Shown: positions 53,362-63,605 of the stretch, in pieces
How positions within the stretch are numbered: position 1 is the stretch's first letter
Layout of the letters: the number at the start of each line of letters is the position of its first letter
From: Lytechinus pictus
Lineage: Eukaryota
DNA length: 64,000 bases
Direction: 5' to 3'
NCBI RefSeq assembly: GCF_037042905.1
Contig: NC_087251.1
Span: forward strand, 5,644,001-5,708,000
Notes under the pieces: model-generated
Database searches by the model: none
Seen by the model: the letters and a program-made list of their open reading frames with translations, nothing else
What the model was told of the DNA's origin: nothing
Program-made: the position numbers and the translations under genes

Positions 53362-56325
53362 TTGAAGTTATGTCACGTAACTAATACCCCACCTTCCGAT
53401 AAAACATCAGTGTATGAATCCTTTGAAGAAAAGTTTGAGACAAAAGGGTTGCATTTCATTCATTTAAATGTGAGATCAATATTGAATAAAATATCCGAAC
53501 TTCGGCTTCTTTTTTCTAAACGTAAAATAGCTATTATTGCCATCACTGAAACATGGTTAAACTCACCTGTAAATGATGAAGAAGTGTGTATAGATGGATA
53601 CTGTATATTACGCAAAGATCGTGAATGTGGGCTAGGTGGTGGTGTTTGTCTCTACATAAGAAATGACATTGCATTTAATATAAGAGAAGACTTGACTCCA
53701 AGAAATATTGAATCATTGTGGATCAATATTCTATTGCCTCGGACAAAGCCCATTACACTTGGTGCTCTTTACAGACCCCCTAAAGATAATAATTTCATTG
53801 AATCACTCTCTGACACTTTAGAAAAATCTAAAAAAGATGATGAGATTATAGTGTTGGGGGACATGAATATTTGCCTTTCGAAAAAGTCTCCTTTATCCCA
53901 GAAATATGAGAATTTACTTAATCTAAGTGGTTTAAGCCAACTTGTAAAGCTGCCCACACGTACAACTCAGACATCTTCCTCCCTGATAGATCACATATTA
54001 TGTAGTAAAGAAGAGCATATTAGTCAAAGTGGTGTTATTGACCTAGGTATAAGTGATCATTTATTGATTTATTGTTCAAGAAAGATTGTCAGGCCCGTAT
54101 TTGGGCACCACAGAACTGTGTCCATCAGGAGCTTAAAAGGTTATAATGTAGATGATTTCAACTTAAATTTATCCCGATCAGACTGGTCCAAGGTAACTGA
54201 ATGTAAAGATGTAAATATGGCTTGGGCAAATTTTAAATCTATATTCTTGTCAATTATAGATATGAGCGCACCTCTGAAAGAGGTAAGAATTAAGCAATCA
54301 ACTGAAAAATGGATGAACCATGAAATTATTGTTTTAATTAAAGAGAGAAATGTAGCTTACAAAAATATGAAAAGGAATATTGGCAATTTAGACCTTGAAA
54401 GGAAATATAAAGTTTTAAGGAATTTAGTTCAAAGGAAGGTAAGAAGTGCCAAAACCGAATACTTTCAAGAACAAATCGAAGAAAACAAACATGACTCTAG
54501 AAAATTGTGGAAGAATTTGAAAGGTTTAGGTCTAAAAAGTAAAGGGAAATCTGATCAGAAAACAGTTATTAATGTGCAAGGTGAATTAAGTCACGATAAG
54601 GCTAAAATTGCAAATGAGTTTAATCGTTATTTTACAACTGTGGCCGACAAATTAGTTTGTAAATTACCAGTAAATACAAACAAATTTCATGCAGAAAGTG
54701 ACCAATTTCAAAAGTTTTATGAAGAAAAGGGTATTTCAAAAGGTAGTTTTCATTTTTCCCCTGTTACAGAAAAATTTGTTTTAGATGAACTAAATAGGTT
54801 GAAAATATCAAAAAGTACTGGTTTAGATATGATACCTGCAAGATTTTTAAAAGATGGGGCAAGAAATTTGTACAAACCTTTGAATTATGTTATTAATTTA
54901 TCTCTTATGTCTTCTACCTTTCCTGATGATATGAAATTCGCAAAAGTTACCCCGCTACATAAAAAGAAAGATAAAACTGACGTTAGTAATTATAGGCCAA
55001 TAAGTGTATTAAGTGTAGTGTCGAAGATCTTGGAAAAATCTGTTCATGCTCAAGTGGAGAAATACTTCCAAGAAACCAACCTAATATATAAATTTCAGTC
55101 CGGCTTTCGTAACGGATATTCCACTGAAACTTGTTTAATACATTTAACAGATTTTATCAGGAATGAAATTTCACATGGGCGCATGGTTGGAATGGTTCTC
55201 CTAGACTTACAAAAAGCCTTTGATACTGTGAATCATAGCATACTTTTAAAGAAATTAGAAGTGATGGGTTTAGACTCTGCATGTGTGACATGGTTTAGAT
55301 CATATTTATCTAACCGTCATCAGGTAGTTACCATGCAGACGGTTCTTTCTGATTCACTGCCTATTAAATGCGGAGTCCCTCAAGGAAGCATTTTAGGCCC
55401 CATTCTTTTTATGTCTTACATCAATGATATGTGTACTTGTATTAACGAATCTAAATTAATTTTATATGCTGATGATAGTGTCTTGCTATATTCGGATACA
55501 AATCCCAAGATAATTGATAAAAAACTTAGTGCTGATTTGGCTAATTGCATCGAATGGATGTCTGACAACAAGCTTAGTTTACACGTTGGGAAAACGGAAA
55601 GCATTTTATTTTGTTCTAAACGAAAGTTAAGATATACACACGATTTCAAGGTTTCATATAATAATCAGGTAATTGAAAGAAAAGATTCAGTAAGATATTT
55701 GGGAATTAATTTAACAAGTAACCTATCATGGACGGGTCTGGTAGACTCAATCGCCAAAAAGGCTAATTCACGCTTGAAATTTTTGTATAGATATCAAACC
55801 TGTTTGAATATGAAGTCTAGACGTATTTTATGCTTTGCGTTAATACAATGTTTATTCGACTATGCTAATGCGGCTTGGTACGGTAGTCTGGGTGTTACGG
55901 ATAAGAAAAAGCTAAGAATAATTCAAAATAAAATTGTGAGATATATAAATGTTTTAGGACCAAGAGCACATGTCGGATATAATGAACGTGAAAAGGCAGG
56001 ATTGCTTCATGTAGATCACAGGTCACAACAATTAGTATTACACCACGTGCATAAAATATTCTATTCGGATAAATTAGATCATTATATAGCAAATAATTTC
56101 ACACGGGTATCAAATATCCATAGGTACGATACTCGAAATAGTAATTTTAATTTCGTATTACCAAAACGTGAAGGACATATTGGAAACACTTTTTATTTTA
56201 ATGGCATCCAATCTTGGAATGCTCTTCCTGATAAAATAAAAGCCGTTAAATTCTTTTGTCAATTTAAGAGTGCATTAAAAAATCACCTAAAACTGGAAAC
56301 TGCCCGAGAACAGCATTACCAGTAA
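53362..56325 (+). CDS. L2/CR1-group LINE ORF2: APE endonuclease plus reverse transcriptase, uninterrupted 987-codon frame
   Basis: EN motifs HLNVRS, ITETWL, YRPP, GDMN, LIDHI and SDH. RT motifs YRPISVL, QSGFR, LDLQKAFDTV, GVPQGSILGP, YADD and YLG. The frame opens at TTG with no ATG before the EN domain. Confidence 0.95.
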   Translation: MKLCHVTNTPPSDKTSVYESFEEKFETKGLHFIHLNVRSILNKISELRLLFSKRKIAIIAITETWLNSPVNDEEVCIDGYCILRKDRECGLGGGVCLYIRNDIAFNIREDLTPRNIESLWINILLPRTKPITLGALYRPPKDNNFIESLSDTLEKSKKDDEIIVLGDMNICLSKKSPLSQKYENLLNLSGLSQLVKLPTRTTQTSSSLIDHILCSKEEHISQSGVIDLGISDHLLIYCSRKIVRPVFGHHRTVSIRSLKGYNVDDFNLNLSRSDWSKVTECKDVNMAWANFKSIFLSIIDMSAPLKEVRIKQSTEKWMNHEIIVLIKERNVAYKNMKRNIGNLDLERKYKVLRNLVQRKVRSAKTEYFQEQIEENKHDSRKLWKNLKGLGLKSKGKSDQKTVINVQGELSHDKAKIANEFNRYFTTVADKLVCKLPVNTNKFHAESDQFQKFYEEKGISKGSFHFSPVTEKFVLDELNRLKISKSTGLDMIPARFLKDGARNLYKPLNYVINLSLMSSTFPDDMKFAKVTPLHKKKDKTDVSNYRPISVLSVVSKILEKSVHAQVEKYFQETNLIYKFQSGFRNGYSTETCLIHLTDFIRNEISHGRMVGMVLLDLQKAFDTVNHSILLKKLEVMGLDSACVTWFRSYLSNRHQVVTMQTVLSDSLPIKCGVPQGSILGPILFMSYINDMCTCINESKLILYADDSVLLYSDTNPKIIDKKLSADLANCIEWMSDNKLSLHVGKTESILFCSKRKLRYTHDFKVSYNNQVIERKDSVRYLGINLTSNLSWTGLVDSIAKKANSRLKFLYRYQTCLNMKSRRILCFALIQCLFDYANAAWYGSLGVTDKKKLRIIQNKIVRYINVLGPRAHVGYNEREKAGLLHVDHRSQQLVLHHVHKIFYSDKLDHYIANNFTRVSNIHRYDTRNSNFNFVLPKREGHIGNTFYFNGIQSWNALPDKIKAVKFFCQFKSALKNHLKLETAREQHYQ

Positions 56326-56684
56326 AATAACACATTTTGTACAGTTGGTTTCTAGTATTGTAGATAATGTATACATTAGGGTATGTTAAAATATAATCTT
56401 GTTTTACATATTAGGAAGATTATTGTTTGCTTTAGATGTTTGCAAATTATATGACTGATGGATATGTTTGTATGTATTTTATTTTTTTCCCCCAATATTC
56501 CAGTACTTGTCGTAGTTTATATTTGTTGTTACAATATGTTAATGTTTTATACTAACTATAGGACCCCATTGGAAATAAGCCTTTCGGCTTTCATGGGCTA
56601 TCCTGTCAAGGTATTTCCTCAATTTCATTGTAATCTCCTGTTATATTCTTGACGAATAAAATCAATCAATCAATCAATCAATCA
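53370..56684 (+). mobile_element. L2/CR1-group LINE (ORF2, 3'UTR, (AATC)n tail); 5' boundary approximate
   Basis: ORF2 as above, 3'UTR 56326-56660 with a stem-loop, and an (AATC)6 tail ending at 56684. No ORF1 or TSD seen. Confidence 0.9.
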
Positions 56685-56746
56685 GTCTTGTGTATGTACC
56701 CGCGGTTTGATAAAAAAGTGGCCATCTGCAATGCTCCGCCCCGGAC

Positions 56747-57487
56747 CAGTGATGGCACCAAGGGGAAGGCACGGGGGTATTTGCCCCCAATGAGTTTGCC
56801 TCCCCACTTGCTCCCCCCCCCCCCCGAAATTTTGAAAAATTAAAAAATGTATAGTAGACGTTGTCATAAGACTCCAACTGAAGCTGCTAATTGCTCCAAA
56901 ACAGCCTTTTTGTTCTTAAAATTTGGAGTTTTTTCTCATTCATTCACTGGTAGCTCCCAACAATTTTTGTCAACATAAATCTTTCAGGTCATTATATAAA
57001 ATTAAAACTTTCGCTCGAGCTACGCGCTCGCGGTAACTGTTGGACTGAGATAAGTAAATTATCTGTTCACATGGGGCTTAAGAATACAGTGTTTATAAGT
57101 CAATATGCTTCTCGCGATTAGAGTTTTTATTATTCGTTTTAGCGAGATACACATCCTGGTAGTCATAATTTTCAATTGTTTAGTTAGATAGCCATCCAGT
57201 TCATGATAACAAAATATGTTTAGAACGTCCAGTTGTCATCTCAGGATATCAAAAATTTTCAGCTCGTGCTTCGCGCTCGCATTATTTATTTGGTGAGATA
57301 TCATCTTCATGACCCAGTAATGCAAACAGCTAGTCTTTAACAGGTCCATTTTCAAGTCAGTAGCGCCTACATTGAAAAGATTAGCTCACGCTTCTCGCTC
57401 GATTATGTAAAAATAGGCAAAAAATTGTGTGTTGCCCCCCATGTTCCTTTGCCTCCCCCTAGGTTAAAAATCCTGGTGCCGCCACTG
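56747..57487. mobile_element. Non-autonomous hAT-like element, 741 bp
   Basis: Termini CAGTGATGGCACCA / TGGTGCCGCCACTG. Perfect 8-bp TSD CCCCGGAC (56739-56746, 57488-57495). Confidence 0.88.
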
Positions 57488-57829
57488 CCCCGGACCCCGG
57501 ATCCGCATAGCATAGCGTTGGACCCCAAAATATCTACAACCGAGAAAAAAAAGATCAAAGGAAAGAAAGATGTAAGATATGAAGATATGATGTTATTTTC
57601 TGAATCTCAGAGTTAGATTCTCATAAAAATGTGATTTCTCGCTCGCTTTGCTCTCTCGGGACTTAAAGCTCGGAAACAGTCATAAAAAATCCTGTTCATA
57701 CCATGATATGACTGGGATATTTTTTGCTCTTGCTCAGAATTTTTTACTCTTACTCAGAATGCAACATTTTCATTTATGTAGTGATAAATTGCTCGGTCAC
57801 AAATAACATAAAAGTGCTACGATTTTGTT

Positions 57830-58054
57830 ATTCAAGTATGTCTGTGTGTACGCATACCCTGCATGTCGGTTGTCTTTATTGATATGTTCGTCTTTGATTA
57901 TTTGTTCATTGTTTGTTACTCTTACGTGTATGTATTTTCACTTGTTTGCAGGGTTCCCAAGAAAAAAACAGAGCTTAGTCCACTGACAGGGTTACCTTGG
58001 GTAAACAAAATCAAATAAATAAATAAATAAACAAACAAATAAATAAATAAATAA
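57830..58054 (+). mobile_element. Probable 3' end of a LINE/SINE with a (TAAA)n tail
   Basis: TG-rich UTR-like stretch, then CAGGGTTCCC...GGGTTACCTTG pairing, then (AAAT)n. Confidence 0.45.
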
Positions 58055-58120
58055 TACGAACGCCGTTTATACGAATGACTTTTAGACCATTTGGTTTCGT
58101 CTTCACAAGCTATATACGGT

Positions 58121-58368
58121 CATGGCCGTACGCGGATTTTTTTTTTTTTGGGGGGGGGGGCAGGACACGTAAACTTCTCGATAAAACTCGAAAGCGAAAG
58201 AACGAAGCAACTGAACTTGTCATTGGGGTACTTTTGCATCTTGTAAAGTGAAATTATAGTATTTTGTGCATACTTTTGGTGATTTTTGTGAAAATTTTCA
58301 GTAAAAAAAGTTCTCACAATTTCTGGGAGGGCAATTGCCTTCCCCCTCCCCCACAGCGTACGGCTATT
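58121..58368. mobile_element. hAT-like MITE, 248 bp
   Basis: Termini CATGGCCGTACGC / GCGTACGGCTATT. Flanks TATACGGT and TCTACGGT (7/8). Confidence 0.78.
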
Positions 58369-59454
58369 TCTACGGTCACAAAGGCTCATGCAAACGATTC
58401 TTTTGTACGAATCTCACTGGTCATACGGATTCTTGGCATTTTGGGCGTTCGTAGAGATTTGTAGAAGAGCATAGATTCTTACGGCCTTCCTGAGAACAAC
58501 TCAAAGAACTTCTTGAGAAACGAAATGATTTTCGGTAATGCAATGGCCCTAGATTTCGTACGTCTTTCATTTGAGTACCTTGGGATGTTATTCGTGAGAC
58601 TTACGGCCATCTTACGATTTCATAAGTTACACAACCTTCGCCTTTCGAGTCCCTTGCGAACGCCTTAAAAACGCCAAGACTCTGTGCACCATCCTTCTGG
58701 ATCCTCCCTTTCTGCTAATCAATGATATTCATGCATACATTAATTCAGAGAGTTGACTCGTACTTCTCACACTTTTTATTCCTTGTTCGATTTCTTTCAA
58801 ACTTTCTCCATGTCCTCCGTTTTTTCAGAGAAAAAAAAAGAAATTTGATCGGCAAAATTGCATTGCCTTTTTAACAGTTTTAAAATAGAAATCGAGAGGT
58901 GCTGGTACTGAATAGCTAAATAATGGTGATAATTCTATTATGGAGAAATACATTTTAGTATAAAAAATGGGGAAATAGGACAGTTCATTTCCTCGTTTTA
59001 TTGATGCATAATATTATGTGGAATGAATTACGGCAAATGAATTCAGTTTTCTTCTCTTCTACATTCTGTTGTTTTGAAACAAATTTAAAATAATTTTGGA
59101 AAAAGATTTTAAAATCTTAAGATATACTGGCACATGAATAATTATTGCATGCTGATGCTGATAATGTTATTAAATATTTTATGAAAGATAACATTGCGTG
59201 GACAATAAAGCATTAGGTATTTGATTAGTTATATCAGTATTGTTTTTGTCAATTTTTATTAATTTCAAGAAATATATAAAAGAAGGGGAAAATATATATA
59301 TTTCGATAAAAAAACATTATAGAGAGTTGTCGGTGAATATAACACGGCGAAGATGATACTTGGTATAAATAAAGAAATAATTATATTGTTTATTTGTCTC
59401 TAGGCCTACAATGAAGTTTGAATTGACTCTCAGTAGATTTCAGAACAGGAAATA

Positions 59455-59577
59455 GAGGGTCGTGTGGTCCAGAGGTTAGAGCATTGGACTCATAATCGCA
59501 AGGTTGTGAGTTCGAATCCTCTCTCTGCCATTGTCTCCACTTTGACAACGTAAAATGTTTCCTAGGTAATTGGTTAT
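59455..59577 (+). mobile_element. tRNA-derived SINE, 5' part (tRNA-Met-like head)
   Basis: A box TGGTCCAGAGG (59465-59475), anticodon-like loop CTCATAA (59489-59495) and B box AGTTCGAATCC (59509-59519). Stems are degenerate and there is no Pol III terminator directly after the head. Confidence 0.8.
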
Positions 59578-61049
59578 TTTTTTTTTTTTTTTCAATTTGT
59601 TTCCCCTCCACAGGGATTTTATTATTATTCAAAACATAACAAGATATCTTTTCAATGACAAATCAAATTAATAACAACGAAATACAATACAACAGTAATT
59701 GTAACAAATATATAAATTGAACTGTCAGGTTTACATAATAGTAAACAATTTAAGGAACAAGCAAGGAGTAAATGAACAATAATATTCATATGTATCATTG
59801 TACATGGAAAGGGAACTGAACAGATCACTTCATGTAAACATGGCACGTAATTGAAACCATTTCTTTGTAAACTTTACCATTTTACAATTTGACTCTGCGA
59901 TATATTTTTCATTCTTGAAATAATTCTGAAGTGCAAATTTGATATTATCAAAAACAGGTAATTTATGTTTTACTCTGGAAGTATAGATCATTTGTCGTAT
60001 CACTATCAATAAACAATTTAATGCATAATTACTTGAACCTCTTAAACCAAATAATTTTTCTTTATTAGAGAAAAAAATTCTATTTCCAGTTTTAAGAAAT
60101 ATCCATTGTTCAAACCTGTCCCATATATGTTTAATACATGTACATTCACAAAGTAGATGAGTTACTGTTTCACGGTGTACATTACAAAAAGTACATTCTT
60201 TTTGTTGAGCTAAATTAATTTTAAACAATATTTCATTTGTATATAAAATATGTTGCATTATTTTGAACTGAAACCAACGTAAATTCACATCGGTAGTACA
60301 ACTGAATCCAATAGAGCAATACGATTGCCATTGCTTGTCATTCATATCGAATATACACTTCCACTTAAGGAAACTTTTACATTCCACTTTTCTTTTCTTT
60401 TTAAGAATCGTATAGATGTGTGAACAACCTTTATTATATTTCATAACAAGTGCTATTGTATCAGGGATAATAGGTTCTTGGAACTTGCTAAAGTGTGTGC
60501 CATTGCTAAAACCGTCTCTTATAGCATCACATAATCCACGGTAAAAAATAAAATTTATTTGAACATTGTATTTTTCCTTAAGGTCATTCAAAGAGAGGAA
60601 ATTGCCATGTACATCTAAAATATCATTAACAAAACGAACACCCCTATTATTTAGAGATCTACTGTGAATTGAGCTATTACCTATTTTGATAAAATCATTG
60701 TTCCATAAGGGTTGGCAAGGTATATCATTACAGTGCATAGATAACAGTGTGCTATACGCTAAGAACATTTCTTTCCAAAAAGGATTTTTAATTTCGTGTG
60801 CCAGTCTAAAAAAATAGCTATTTCCCATATAAAGATCCAAGTTTTGCGTTTTATGCAAAAAAGACTGAAGAAGACAAATAATATTACCGTCAATGGAACC
60901 GTTTATCATTTTTTTCATCCAAGAAATTTTCAATGACTGGCAATGCAGATTTATGTCTATCATTTTTACTCCACCTTCAGAATAACTCTGAGACATTTGA
61001 TTTCTACTTACTTTATCTGGTTTCTCTCCCCATATGAATCTATGAAATT
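59578..61049 (-). mobile_element. 5'-truncated Tx1/L1-clade LINE with poly(A) and a 13-bp TSD
   Basis: TSD GGTAATTGGTTAT at 59565-59577 and 61050-61062. On the minus strand, AATAAA is followed by poly(A) at ~59578-59592. Confidence 0.9.
59830..61047 (-). pseudogene. Tx1/L1 ORF2 C-terminal fragment with CCHC zinc knuckle
   Basis: The frame is open from 61047: FHRFIWGEKPDKVSRNQMSQSYSEGGVKMID...PLWNN...LRWFQFKIMQHILYTN...CTFCNVHRETVTHLLCEC. Confidence 0.9.
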
Positions 61050-61144
61050 GGTAATTGGTTATATACTAGCTTGGTGTTTACCAGCAAAATGCTGTCCTGC
61101 CGAGTTCCTACGGGAGTTACCATAAACAGAAACAGAAACAGAAA
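61050..61144 (+). mobile_element. tRNA-derived SINE, 3' part with an (AAACAG)n tail
   Basis: Continues from the TSD. Contains a small hairpin TCC-TACG-GGA and ends AAACAGAAACAGAAACAGAAA. Confidence 0.7.
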
Positions 61145-61767
61145 AGCCTTGGAAGGACCCTATCGTTGTCAGTCTTTTTACTGATCTAATGAGGATTTTG
61201 ACGTCTCAGTGGCGGATCCAGGGGGGTGGCGCAGGGGGCGCGCGCCCCCCCTAATATTTGAGCGGCGCCGAAGGCGCCGCTCAAAAAAAAAAAAAAAATT
61301 AAAAGAAAGAAAAGAAAAGGCGCCGCTTAAAAAAATTATACACTGATATAATATTAGCAACATTAATACTATCCCCCAGCAAAGCACAATCATATCATCT
61401 TCCTTATCTTTTCTTTTAACTACCCTTTTCCAAACAACTTCGCCGGTTAAAAATAATCAGCAGTGCGCTGCCTGCATATAACTGGCGCCAATCAAGACTA
61501 ATCAGCGCCACCTTAATCTAAATCGGCGCCGGACAAGAATAATCAGCGCCATTTGGTTATAAATCGGCGCCAGTCGAGAAAAATCGGCACTGCCAGAGTC
61601 TTAACCGGCGCCGATCAAGGATAATCTGCGCCACCTAAATCTAAATCGGCACCAGATAAAAATAATCGGCGCCATCTGGTTATAAATCGGCGCCGGTACA
61701 GAAAAATCGACGCTGCCTGAGTTCTTAACCGGCGCCGATCAAGGATAATCAGTGCCACCTAAATCTA

Positions 61768-63605
61768 CACTCCCCTCCAAAAGTTTGGGAACACCTGCCT
61801 TCAGCGTGTGTTTTTCGAACTTTGGTAGACTTTACTGAAGTTAAGCTTCATAGTACAGCTGTATTTTTGTTTTAAAGTGAAGGCTATACACCAGTGTACA
61901 CTTTATCATTGATTAAAACAATTTCAAAGCTCTTAAGAGACGTGCAGCTGCCGAAGAGGGCAGGCTATCAGTCAAGATGGCATTCTCTAAAAATGCTTAC
62001 TTCTTTTAACATTGTTCTGTTTGGGGTTCTATTCTGAAATTCTTCCCATTATTTTGTGAATGTTACAGCAGATTTCCTCAGAATTTGTTGCTCAGTATTG
62101 TTCATAAGACAGTTAATTTATGGAAATCTGCATCTTTATCATGGAATACATCTGAACTTGACAAATACCTAATCCTTCTTTAAAGAAAATGCATGGAAGT
62201 GGAGTAGACATCAGTGCAATTTGAAATTCATGAATTCAAAAGTTATTCAGAGTTTTTTACACTTATTCCAGTGCACCTTCATTCATTTTGCCTATTCAGT
62301 TTTTCTTAGTCAAAAGTCAGTCACAAAATTAAAATGGCTAAGACAAGACAGCTTTCTTTGGAAACACGTCAGTCAATCGTAGTTTTGAGGAAAGAAGGTT
62401 ACTCCATGCGAGAAATAGCCGGGAAACTCAAGATCAGTATCCATGCTGTTCACTACAGCCTGAAACGCAAAGAGGCCACTGGGTCTAATGGGGACAGGAG
62501 ACGAAGTGGTAGGCCAAAAACAACATCTCCTGCTGAAGATAAATACATTCGGGTGAGCAGTCTGCGCAACCGTTGTCTGACTTGCCCACAGATTACAGCT
62601 GACCTCAACAACACCCGTGAGATGCCTGTATGTTCTTCAACTGTTAGAAACATCTCTGTGGAGCAGGGCTGATGGGCCGTGTGGCTTCAAGGAAACCTCT
62701 CCTCAAAGAAAAGAACCGGAAGAAAAGGCTTGCTTGGGCTAGGAAGCATAAAGACTGGTCTTTGGAGCAGTGGCAGAAGGTTCTTTGGTCTGACGAATCA
62801 AAGTTCGATGTGTTTGGCAGCAAGCGACGTACCTATGTGGGACGGCGAAAGGGAGAAAAGATGCTGGGCCCAGTGCATCAAGCCAACTGTGAAACATGGT
62901 GGTGGTAATGTCATGGTATGGGGTTGCTTTGGTGCAGGAAAGGTAGGCAGCTTGCACAGTGTAGAGGGTATCCTCAACCAGAACGGCTATCATTCAATCC
63001 TACAGCGGAAGGCCATCCCTTCAGGGAAACGCCTGATCGGAGGATTCGTTTTCCAGCAGGACAATGACCCAAAACACACGTCAAGACTATGCAAAGAATA
63101 CTTGAAGAAAAAGGAAGAGAAACAAGTCCTGGAAATCATGGATTGGCCGCCCCAGTCCCCAGATTTCAATCCCATCGAGCTGCTTTGGGAAGAACTAGAC
63201 AGGAAGGTTCGAGAAACTTGCCCAACAAGTGAGACTCATCTGTGTTTTCCATATCAGTGAAACACTGAGTATTGTTTAATTTTATTTTTGTGTCTGACTT
63301 CTGACTAGGAAAAGGAAAAATGAATGAAGTTGCACATGTATTAGTGTAAAAGCTCTGAATAACTGCAATAACTGCATGTAATAAAAGAAGTTAGCATTTT
63401 GAGAGAATGCCATCTTGACTGGTAGCCAGCCATTTAAGAGAGTATAAATTTGTTTGAATCAATATCAAAATTTACACTGCTGTATATAATCTTCACTTTA
63501 AAACAAAAATTCAACTGTGCTATGAGCCTGAATATCAATAAAGTCTACCAAGTATAGAAAAGCACACACTGAATGCAGGTGTTCCCAAACTTTTGGAGGG
63601 GAGTG
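61768..63605 (+). mobile_element. Tc1-superfamily transposon with DD38E (Intruder-type) transposase, 1838 bp
   Basis: Structure TA|CACTCCCCTCCAAAAGTTTGGGAACACCTGC ... GCAGGTGTTCCCAAACTTTTGGAGGGGAGTG|TA. A perfect 31-bp outer TIR lies within long imperfect TIRs. Contains a transposase remnant. Confidence 0.95.
62334..63260 (+). pseudogene. Tc1-type transposase pseudogene (two frameshifts, C-terminal loss)
   Basis: Paired-like HTH with GRPK, then RKPLL, WSDESKF, TVKHGGGNVMVWGCF, FQQDNDPKH and WPPQSPDFNPIE. Frameshifts at ~62650 and ~62867. Similarity ends after CPTSETHL. Confidence 0.93.

Noticed and set aside
52633..57487. One large hAT element enclosing the LINE
   Set aside because: The right end at 57487 pairs by TIR and perfect TSD with 56747, not with 52633.
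59455..59531. Functional tRNA-Met gene
   Set aside because: Acceptor and anticodon stems pair poorly, and the sequence continues into a SINE body and tail.
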